Part shown: positions 7,309-15,800 of the stretch, in pieces
How the letters are laid out: every line of letters begins with the position of its first letter
Numbering within the stretch: position 1 is the stretch's first letter
DNA from: a virus
Lineage: Duplodnaviria; Caudoviricetes
DNA: 24,602 nt
Strand: one strand, 5' to 3'
Virus record (IMG/VR): IMGVR_UViG_3300022178_000749
Coordinates: 1 to 24,602 of that record
The notes under the pieces: generated by a model
The model's database searches: none
What the model was told of the DNA's origin: nothing
The model's input: the letters and a program-made list of their open reading frames with translations, nothing else
Position numbers and translations under genes: made by a program

Positions 7309-8937
7309 TTACCATTTTTTACAAGACCAGTAGTTTGCTTTCCATTTTGGGCCAGGGTTATCACAATTCATTCTTGCTCTAAATGATTTACGGGCTGCAG
7401 GATTATCTTTTTTGATTACCATTCCCTTTTGACCAAAGTTTACTTTAACAACATTACCTTTATCGTTCTTAACATAAACTTTAAATTTCTTAACATCACC
7501 TTGCATTGGCTTGTTAAGTTCTACTTTTCTACCTTGGTACTCAGCTTCTTCAATTACTTCAGAAGTATTTTCTTTCTTCATAAGTTTGAATGCCGTATTA
7601 ACCATACCAACTAAACCCATACCAACAAATTTATCTTTATTTGATTGTTGTTTTAGTGCATCATACACTTGAGTAACTACTGATGCTGAGTATAAATCAA
7701 CTCTCATCGTTTTACCACTTTTTGGGTCTTTTAATTTTTGATTTTGTTTTTTTGAAACGATATCTCTTAATTGTGAAATTATATCTGGTTCATTAGCTTC
7801 ATTCATTTTTTCTTCATCAGAACTGTGTCCGAATGTTTTATGAACTAACTTATCTAAATTTCTGTGGAATTCATCCTCTTCTTCTGGAGTTGCTTCTTTT
7901 ACTGATTCGTAAATGACCATATCTCTTTCAAATCCAGATGGTAATTCATTCCACTTTTTATCAAAATATTTCTCAGCATCGTCTGGGTCTTTAACTACGG
8001 ATAGAAGTGCATCGATTTTTTTATCATCATCCATCTTTGCCCACATTTGCTTAGTTACTTTTTTTGAACGAGCTTCAGTAACTACTGATTCATACATATC
8101 TTCAATAGTAGCACCCATATTGCCAATTGCCAGAGATACGTTTCCATCTCTCTGATATAGATAATACTTAACACCTTTTGGATTTGCTACATTTTGTAGA
8201 ATGATTCTCTCTACCTTCTGCTTACCTACTAAAGTTTTACCCTTAGTCACTTTGAATTTGGCTTCATTACCACTACTCATCGATGAGCCATACTTAATTG
8301 TAATCTCATCACCTTTTTTGAGTTTATCGTAAACCTTTAGTCGTTTTTTCATGTCCATTGATTTGGCTTCGTTTACTGATTCTTTATTTTCAGTCTTCCA
8401 ACCACCACCTGCTGCTTTGTATTTTTTAGCAGCCCATCCATTTGCGTATGCTGATGGATATACATCGAATTTCTTCTTTGCTTGAGCTTTATAGTAAGAC
8501 CATTTGGATGAATCAGTTGGAACATTCTTTTCTGTAAGTTCCATTACTCTTTCTTCTAACCCTTTTTGGTTTACTACTTTTTCAATCACATCAACGTGAC
8601 CTTGTATATATGAATGTTCTTTTTCTAACCCCATCATAGATGCCATCTTCATAATGTTCTTTGCTATATTATTAGCAACCATTACATAATCTTTTTCTGG
8701 ATTATAACCATCTCGTTGGATGTGTTCTTCTACAAAGAAAAGTGCGTCTTGTAATCTTACACTTCTTTCTGCCATATCCATATCAACACCTTTGGATTCT
8801 ATATCACCATATAGTTTTGATGCACCTGGGCAAACATGGAAATATTTTGTTTGATAGTTACCTACTTTAATTTCTTGTGGGTCGGTTTCATCTTCTGATA
8901 TTTCATTGATGTAGTTTGATATCCATTTATTATTCAT
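7309..8937 (-). CDS. Modular 542-aa protein, candidate capsid-internal polyprotein
   Basis: About seven unrelated small modules separated by LTE|K, ESVNE|A, ESVVTE|A, ESVKE|A, KMNE|A and VIEE|A. Includes basic modules YPSAYANGWAAKKYKAAGGGWK and VNFGQKG...RKSFRARMNC...ANYWSC (resembling DUF5872- and DUF6321-type phage families, from memory). AAGGA SD-like sequence. Confidence 0.8.
   Translation of the reverse strand: MNNKWISNYINEISEDETDPQEIKVGNYQTKYFHVCPGASKLYGDIESKGVDMDMAERSVRLQDALFFVEEHIQRDGYNPEKDYVMVANNIAKNIMKMASMMGLEKEHSYIQGHVDVIEKVVNQKGLEERVMELTEKNVPTDSSKWSYYKAQAKKKFDVYPSAYANGWAAKKYKAAGGGWKTENKESVNEAKSMDMKKRLKVYDKLKKGDEITIKYGSSMSSGNEAKFKVTKGKTLVGKQKVERIILQNVANPKGVKYYLYQRDGNVSLAIGNMGATIEDMYESVVTEARSKKVTKQMWAKMDDDKKIDALLSVVKDPDDAEKYFDKKWNELPSGFERDMVIYESVKEATPEEEDEFHRNLDKLVHKTFGHSSDEEKMNEANEPDIISQLRDIVSKKQNQKLKDPKSGKTMRVDLYSASVVTQVYDALKQQSNKDKFVGMGLVGMVNTAFKLMKKENTSEVIEEAEYQGRKVELNKPMQGDVKKFKVYVKNDKGNVVKVNFGQKGMVIKKDNPAARKSFRARMNCDNPGPKWKANYWSCKKW
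7892..8382 (-). repeat. Three dispersed direct repeats GAATCAGTA-N3/6-GAAGC encoding ESV(x)xEA linkers
   Basis: Plus-strand copies: gcttcttttactgattc 7892-7908, gcttcagtaactactgattc 8072-8091, gcttcgtttactgattc 8366-8382. First and third match at 16/17. Confidence 0.8.
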
Positions 8938-8945
8938 AGTATTCC

Positions 8946-9242
8946 TTAGTTTATGTAATGTGTCAATTCAAATTTACCACTATCCATACCATACAATGAT
9001 ATAGATAATCCTTTTCTCTGAGGTTTGCCGTTTTTAAGTAATCCAATTTGGAATGAATGTGTTTTACCAACACCAGGTCTTAAACGATTGTACTTACCAC
9101 CATGTGTGATTTGATTATTCCAATCATCTTCATCAATAGTAAATCCTTTTTTCTCAGCTGCGGTTTTAGCAAAATCAACGGCTTCGCCTGCTGTTTTAAA
9201 GTAATCATTATTACCTTCTAGTAATTCTTTTAATTTTATCAT
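8946..9242 (-). CDS. Hypothetical 98-aa protein with MIKLKELLE leader
   Basis: AGGAG SD-like sequence, start abuts the upstream stop, compact alpha/beta-looking domain after the leader. Confidence 0.85.
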   Translation of the reverse strand: MIKLKELLEGNNDYFKTAGEAVDFAKTAAEKKGFTIDEDDWNNQITHGGKYNRLRPGVGKTHSFQIGLLKNGKPQRKGLSISLYGMDSGKFELTHYIN

Positions 9243-9659
9243 TTATGCTCCTGTTTTGCTATTTGTAGGGGCTTTACCCTTAGTACGGTTACCACCTTTT
9301 TTGGAATCACCAGCTTTCTTTTGTGCTCTTCGTTTTCGACCTACAAAAGTTTTACGTCCAGCTGGCCCAAGTTTAGCAGCTTTCTCTTTTGATAAACAAG
9401 CTGCGTATGCTCCACCCTTCTTACCATCACCACACTTACCTAACTTCTGACCATCACTTCCGTATCTATCCCATCCACCACCTGATGTAGTACCAGTCTT
9501 TCCTTTTCCAAACCATTTGCGAAGGTCTTCGGTCATTAGGTTTTCTGAACATAAGGTTTCATACAAGTCTGATAATGCGTATTCAACACATAGAACTTCA
9601 TCTACTTTTTGAGTGTAATACTCATTAAATCTTTCTCTTAAATAACCTTTAATATCCAT
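9243..9659 (-). CDS. Hypothetical protein with acidic N-terminal part and highly basic Gly/Lys-rich C-terminal module
   Basis: Likely start is the ATG at 9659 (MDIKGYLRE, TAATG overlap with upstream stop) rather than 9689. LMTE|D precedes the module DLRKWFGKG...GGGWDRY...GKCG...ACL. Confidence 0.8.
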   Translation of the reverse strand: MDIKGYLRERFNEYYTQKVDEVLCVEYALSDLYETLCSENLMTEDLRKWFGKGKTGTTSGGGWDRYGSDGQKLGKCGDGKKGGAYAACLSKEKAAKLGPAGRKTFVGRKRRAQKKAGDSKKGGNRTKGKAPTNSKTGA

Positions 9660-9925
9660 TATTCTTCTTTTTTTCCTTTGTTTCCCCAAATCTTATCTAC
9701 AGATGCAATTCCTAATGCTCCTAATGTGATGTATAAGAATCCATCAAATACAAATTCATGTATTGGCATTTCATCACCTTTGATTCCTGTATATAAATCA
9801 ATAAGTAATGTTAATACCATCATTAAGAAAGCTAAAAAACCGATTACGGCCTTTTCATTTATTGAATTATCATCTTTAAACATTTCAGTTAATCCATTTT
9901 CAATCTTTTTGAATAATCTTTTCAT
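9659..9925 (-). CDS. Small two-TM membrane protein, holin-like candidate
   Basis: 88 aa with two hydrophobic segments (AVIGFLAFLMMVLTLLI; FVFDGFLYITLGALGIASV), charged C-terminus, AAAGGAG SD. Holin function not established. Confidence 0.65.
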   Translation of the reverse strand: MKRLFKKIENGLTEMFKDDNSINEKAVIGFLAFLMMVLTLLIDLYTGIKGDEMPIHEFVFDGFLYITLGALGIASVDKIWGNKGKKEE

Positions 9926-10505
9926 TAAGTTCTCCTTTGAGTTTTCCTATAAAGTTTTCTTTAAACTTTTCGAAACCCTCTTCAATTTGTTTCATCACTT
10001 CTTCTTCTGATAAACCATCCCACTCTTCAATAGAACCATCCTCATTTATAAATGATGCTTTAATTGTTGATTTTAAAACTTCTTTTTCTATTTCTGCTTC
10101 TTTCAACCAAGACTCAGCATTATTTAAAAGTTTTTTACGTTCATATTCATCGTACTCTCCTTTTAATTTTAAATCATGCTCCATATCAGTAACACAATCT
10201 AAACACATACCATGATATGCCTTCATCTTTAAATCAGCTTGACCTGCATCTGTACAAGTACAAACATCTTTTCTACAATTTGGAAACCCTTTCAACTCTT
10301 CTCTAAGTTTGGCGAGTTTCCCTACCTTTACTTTGTAACCTTTTCTCTGCTCCCACTCTTGACCTTTGGTATCTGTCCAAAGTTCCCCAACTTCTCTTCT
10401 TACAACTTCTTTACCATCAAATGCGATAGTTTTTTTGGTTTGGGTTTTGTGTTTACCCTCCAACATTTCACTAACTGCTTTTATGTTTTTTAATTTCTTA
10501 CTCAT
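9900..10505 (-). CDS. Hypothetical protein with Cys cluster (possible Zn binding)
   Basis: 201 aa with CRKDVCTC and HGMCLDC motifs, a Trp-containing beta-like segment and a helical acidic C-terminus. Confidence 0.8.
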   Translation of the reverse strand: MSKKLKNIKAVSEMLEGKHKTQTKKTIAFDGKEVVRREVGELWTDTKGQEWEQRKGYKVKVGKLAKLREELKGFPNCRKDVCTCTDAGQADLKMKAYHGMCLDCVTDMEHDLKLKGEYDEYERKKLLNNAESWLKEAEIEKEVLKSTIKASFINEDGSIEEWDGLSEEEVMKQIEEGFEKFKENFIGKLKGELNEKIIQKD

Positions 10506-10522
10506 AACTTATTTTTGTTTTA

Positions 10523-10531
10523 TATAAATAT
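10523..10531 (-). promoter_or_regulatory. Conserved ATATTTATA motif (candidate late promoter element)
   Basis: Intergenic, 17 nt upstream of the ATG at 10505. Confidence 0.6.
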
Positions 10532-10543
10532 TGTATTATTTAA

Positions 10544-12853
10544 TTAAAAGTACATTAAACCTAATATCTGGTTTAAACTTGCAAAAGCACCTGTAAGTTT
10601 GTAAGTATCTCCTTTGTAAACAAATACTAAACCTTCATTTGGTACAATCTTATCCTTACCACCTATTGCTGCTAATCTTTCTAACTCCATTTTAAGTTTA
10701 GTAATCTTTTCAGGACTACCCGATTTACTAACATCTTTAATCGTTTGGTCTAATCTCTTCTTCATATCTCTAACTGCCTTATCAGGATTAACTGTAAGTA
10801 CTGAACTCATAAATGATAGAACTTCTGCTCCAACACCTAAAAAGATATCTTCGAATTTTCTAGTGTTTTCTTTTGCTAACTTAGTATGGTCTTTTTTATC
10901 GATTTTCTTAGACCACTCTAATGTATCGGAATCAGTAATGTTTTTCTTATCTAATCTAAATGATTTATCATCAAACGCCCAACGTTTTACCAATCCCATT
11001 TTGGTTTTGTTATCTAATGTAGATGGTGAGTTTGAATCAACCCATTGTTCCCACCATGCTTGATGATAATCTGCTACACCATCAGAATCTTTTAATTTAA
11101 ATTCAGATTGAACTTTTTTAAGTTGTGAATTAAACCTAGATTGCATTTTGGATAGTTCTTGATTTTTAGGTAGTTGTGTTACTGGTGGGCCTTGTATTGT
11201 GTACTTATCAGTAACGTTTTTATTTATTTGTTTAATCATCCCGGCTAATATCTTAGCTGCATCGGTATTTGCTCCAATTTGAATACCGTCATCATTAAAC
11301 TCACCTGTGTTGTGGAATACTAATAGAGCTTGTCCGTAAGGAACTACGTTTACTGATGTAGGCCATATAACCTCTAAGTTCATAAATGATGAACCTTGTT
11401 TAAATATCTTATCTCGTTGAGCTGATGATAGCGATTTTATTGCATCATTTAAATCCCTCATTGCGTAATTGTATGCATCGGTTAATCCACCACGTCCACC
11501 AAATTTAGATGCCATTGCACTTATATCTAATGCGTTTTCACCTTTGTTCTTTAAGTGTCCTTTGTTTCGTGCTGCGATTAAACCTTTATCATCTCTCCAA
11601 CTAACTGCTAATGCTTGTCCATCTGTTTTTTCTCTAGCTAATTCTAACTTACCGTTTAATGCACCTCTAATGATTTGTTTTAAATCACCAAATGTTAAAT
11701 TCATTTCAATATCAAATGGATGATTCATATGTCCATATGCCCCACCTTCAGTTATTAAAGATTCTTTTAGTTCTTTAAACTTTTCCGTTTCTACATCTGA
11801 TGTATTATTAGGGTCTGATACTTTCTTTGGTTCGTTTTTAGAACTATCAGCTGCTTTTTCAGCATCTAAGAAATCTACTAAAGTATATCCAACCATTGTT
11901 GCTACTTTTGTAATATGTTTTGCCCATGTCTTATATGCAGGATTACCTTTTAAATCTGTATATCTGATTTGTCCATCCAATCCTGGTTTACCTGATGGGA
12001 AGTATGATACTGGGTATTTATCACCCAATATTCTTTCATCATCTGCATAAATTGAATCTTCATCACTACCTAAGATATAATCAACTACTTGCCAACCCAA
12101 CATTTGAGCAACATCTTCACCAACTTTTTTGTATGTTTTTGAGTTACCATATGTAAATCCAGGCCCATCATCTACTAATGATTTTCCAATTGATGAATTT
12201 TGAGATGCTTCTAAAAGTGGTTCTATATCAAATGAGTTAATGAATCTTTCCATCTTAGATTCAATCTTAAACAACTTATCACTAACCAATTTAAATATTT
12301 TTGGGTCAAACTTTCCGTATGCTTTTTTGAATCCACTCTTTCTTTGTTCTTCTGAACCTTTGGATAACCAATTTCTAACATCAGTTCCACTAATTGGATT
12401 TGATTGAGCAGGTGCTACATACACATATCCCTTATCTTCGTATCCTTTTTCAATTCTATCAGGATGGTATGGTTCAAAATATTTACCTTTTAATCTGTAT
12501 CTATCTTTTTCACCAACTACAGTTATGAATGCTGTAGTTTCTTTGTTGAACTTACCAATGATTTCGGTTGGAGCGTATGGGTTTTTGATTTGAACAATTT
12601 TGTTTGATGAGATGCCAAACATTTTTGTCATAATCATTTTCTTTTCGTTAAACTTAAATGGTGATTTGATGTTATCAGTTTTATTGGATGTACCAATATA
12701 AACATTATCTCTGCCAAATTGTTTTACCAAATGCTCGTAAGTTGCATTGTGACCTTTGTGAAATGGTTGAAATCTACCAGCGTAAACTACTACCTTTTTC
12801 TCTATACCCTCAGTTAAGATTCCCTTAACCCATTCTTTTATAAGTTTTCCCAT
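10544..12853 (-). CDS. Fusion of HxGH cytidylyltransferase-like nucleotidyltransferase, unknown middle module, and KxDG ligase-like nucleotidyltransferase domain
   Basis: N-terminal YAGRFQPFHKGH and ISGTDVR. C-terminal EKTDG, ARNK, NLEV, LLVFH, EGLVF and YKL appear in the order of ligase/capping-enzyme motifs I, Ia, III, IIIa, IV and V. Confidence 0.8.
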   Translation of the reverse strand: MGKLIKEWVKGILTEGIEKKVVVYAGRFQPFHKGHNATYEHLVKQFGRDNVYIGTSNKTDNIKSPFKFNEKKMIMTKMFGISSNKIVQIKNPYAPTEIIGKFNKETTAFITVVGEKDRYRLKGKYFEPYHPDRIEKGYEDKGYVYVAPAQSNPISGTDVRNWLSKGSEEQRKSGFKKAYGKFDPKIFKLVSDKLFKIESKMERFINSFDIEPLLEASQNSSIGKSLVDDGPGFTYGNSKTYKKVGEDVAQMLGWQVVDYILGSDEDSIYADDERILGDKYPVSYFPSGKPGLDGQIRYTDLKGNPAYKTWAKHITKVATMVGYTLVDFLDAEKAADSSKNEPKKVSDPNNTSDVETEKFKELKESLITEGGAYGHMNHPFDIEMNLTFGDLKQIIRGALNGKLELAREKTDGQALAVSWRDDKGLIAARNKGHLKNKGENALDISAMASKFGGRGGLTDAYNYAMRDLNDAIKSLSSAQRDKIFKQGSSFMNLEVIWPTSVNVVPYGQALLVFHNTGEFNDDGIQIGANTDAAKILAGMIKQINKNVTDKYTIQGPPVTQLPKNQELSKMQSRFNSQLKKVQSEFKLKDSDGVADYHQAWWEQWVDSNSPSTLDNKTKMGLVKRWAFDDKSFRLDKKNITDSDTLEWSKKIDKKDHTKLAKENTRKFEDIFLGVGAEVLSFMSSVLTVNPDKAVRDMKKRLDQTIKDVSKSGSPEKITKLKMELERLAAIGGKDKIVPNEGLVFVYKGDTYKLTGAFASLNQILGLMYF

Positions 12854-12856
12854 AGC

Positions 12857-12865
12857 AATAAATAT
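12857..12865 (-). promoter_or_regulatory. Conserved ATATTTATT motif (candidate late promoter element)
   Basis: Occupies most of the 15-nt gap, 3 nt upstream of the ATG at 12853. Confidence 0.5.
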
Positions 12866-12868
12866 AGT

Positions 12869-15800
12869 TTAATTATTAGAACCACTCTCTAAAATTTCTA
12901 TGCGATTCTGTAGAGTTTTTATTATTTGTTGTTGGTCTTGAATTGCTTTAATCATTGGTGATATAAATTCACTATACCTCAACGATAGATAGCTCCCATC
13001 ATCATCATATCCACCAAAACTATGAACACTAAACTCAGAGAGTGATTGTGATACTTCTTGAGCGATTAACCCATAATGTGTTGTATCATCATTCATATTG
13101 TATTTTACAGGTTTAAGTGAATCTATAAAACTCAATCCTAAATCTGATATTTCAATATTTGATTTTAATCGTCTATCAGAAAGTGTTGATACTGCGTCTT
13201 TTAAATATGCAGTCTTCCATCTCTTATCAGCAGTTCCTAGTGTATAGATTGATTCTGAAAGTGCACTATTGGATGATGTTGATATCGGTACAAAGTTACC
13301 TTTATGTGCTGTTGATAATTTACCATCCCATGTTAAGTATGTATCTTTAAAGTGTAATGTTTGAGTATCGATTGATATCGCTCTAACGGGTTCAACCATT
13401 CTCATTTCAGTAAGTGCCCATCCAATACCATTAACATCAGTTCCTAATGTACCAGTTGAAGATGAACCACTATAGTTCATACTTAATTTAACTTTAAACT
13501 CTTTGGCGACTGATGTGTCGGTGTTATTAGTTGCGCCTGTTGTTAAAATATCTGTGATTGGAATATCAAATACTTTCCAAGTTCTATGTGTTGCATTCTC
13601 ATCTTTATACTTTTTTGAAAAGTATGTCGTAGAACCAGATATGATGTCAACTTGATATTGTGGGAAGAAACCAGTAAATCCATCTGTATATGGATGTGTA
13701 GTTCCTCTTGCTGCAAACTGTAAATGAGTGTTTCTGTAATTGTTATTTAAAGATTCAGATATATTAATAAATTCAGAAGTTATTGTTTCTAGTACTGCGG
13801 AGCCAGTTCTTGTAAATGACGCACTATTGAAAACTAATTGAGTTCCCACTAAAGTAGGTGATAATGACGCAGACGCGTCTGATACATTAAATACATTAGT
13901 GTCATCAATAAATTTATAATCAGTTGTTAAGTCACTTATCCCATACCAACTCTTAAACTCATCTGGATAACCTACACCATCGAATGTTGAACCCGTTACT
14001 AAATACTGAGTTTGGGATTTTATAAACCCACCAAGCCTCCAATTACCATGTGACCCTGCAAATTTATCTGATGAATCTGAACCTGTAATATCTAATCTTT
14101 TATCTGTCGATGATGTTGTCCATGCTTCAATAAATGGTAATTGATATGTTAGATTTGCAACGGATGGGTGTCTTACACCAGTTTCTACTATTTTACCACC
14201 TAAGAACGTTTCTTGTATAAAACCAGTACTTGCTCTTATATCACCTTTAACTTCTAAGTTATTATTATCTAATGATAAAAGAGATGATGATATAATAAAA
14301 TTATTAGGATTCCCAAATATTCTACCATTTCGATTTTTAAATTCAAATCTATTTGCACTAATATTTAATGCAGAACCAGAAATTGTTCCACCTGAGAAAT
14401 TTACTTGAGAACCTGTGATATCCCCTTTATCATCTAAAAAGAAATTTGATGATGATAACTCACCACTACCACTAATTGTAAATGTTACTTTTTCTACAAA
14501 TGAGCCAGATTGAGTACCAGTTGATACTCTACCTTCAGAAAATTGTTTTGTAGATTCGTGTGTTACGGAGTATGAACGTCTAGTACCAGCAACTTCATCA
14601 TTTGCGGCGGTTGTTGCATATAATATTTGTAATTCAGCTAACTCTGCATTTGTTAAATCTGTTTGAACTCTAGTCGAATCTAATCTTGAAGTAATATTTA
14701 TTGCGGTGGATGCGCCAGAAGATGTTAGTGCATTGATAATCTCAGTCGAGAAAGAAGTTCCGATTGGTTGAAATGAACCACTTTCTGCAATATCCAATGG
14801 CCAAATTGCATCATATAATTTTACTTCCTTTGATATAGTGTATTTTTCTCTAACAAAGTTATTATATAAGGTTAGTGGAACTCCATGACTTGGGGTTGTA
14901 TCGTTGTCATCTGGTACAAATGTACTATGATGAGCACTACCACTTATTCCTATTTCAGCCCAGCTGTTTGGATAGGAGTTAGGATAAGCTTCAGTATTAG
15001 TATCTATACCATTTATTATTGCCTCTACAGTAGGGTGTAGTGTCCAACCTGGTTCTAAATATGCAGCATAGTAATTACTTACTGCGGTTTCACCAGGTAC
15101 ACCATAATTTAAGTTAGCACTAGGGCCAGCGCCACTATTGACGTGGGTTTGCCAATCTACTGGAGTTGAAGTAACCCCCCTAAGTGGTGCATATGATTGT
15201 GTTACGAAACTTGCAGCTTCTTCCCCACCACCTGCTAGTCTTGCATTTTGCATTTCCAGCTGACTGCCATATCCTAATGTACCTTCAGCGCCTGGGTCAA
15301 ATAGAAAAAACGATGATGAAATTGTGTTATATTCGGATGGTGTTATTGATTGACCTGAGTAAACTGTTGCGGTTGCGAGGGGTGGTAATAATTCGCTATC
15401 TGGTTGGTCTGCAACTGCTCCAAATGATGCGGTTAAAAAGAAATTATAGAAAATATTACCGGTTAGTGGTTCTCCACTTCTTTGGTCATCAACTGAAGCA
15501 CTATAAATCCAAATAAATTGTGTGGGTGGGTCGTATGCACCTGCAGACGCTTCCCAATATGCGTTTATAAAATCTTCAGTTGGGTTTGTTGAATTAGTTA
15601 AAGAACTAAAACCTTCCACAAATGAACCAGCGTTCCATACATCTTGTAATATAAATTCAGGAGGCCCGCTTTCAACATGCCAGCCACTTATATAATCTTT
15701 TGAATCTGATGATGATACTACAATTGATGTTGAAGAACCAGTTAAAGATGAAATCATTCTTAAATCTGGTTTTATAAAAAATTCCAAATCAGAATTATTA

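Noticed and set aside
9660-9689. Track start at 9689 for the 148-aa ORF
   Set aside because: It overlaps the upstream gene. The ATG at 9659 gives a clean TAATG coupling.
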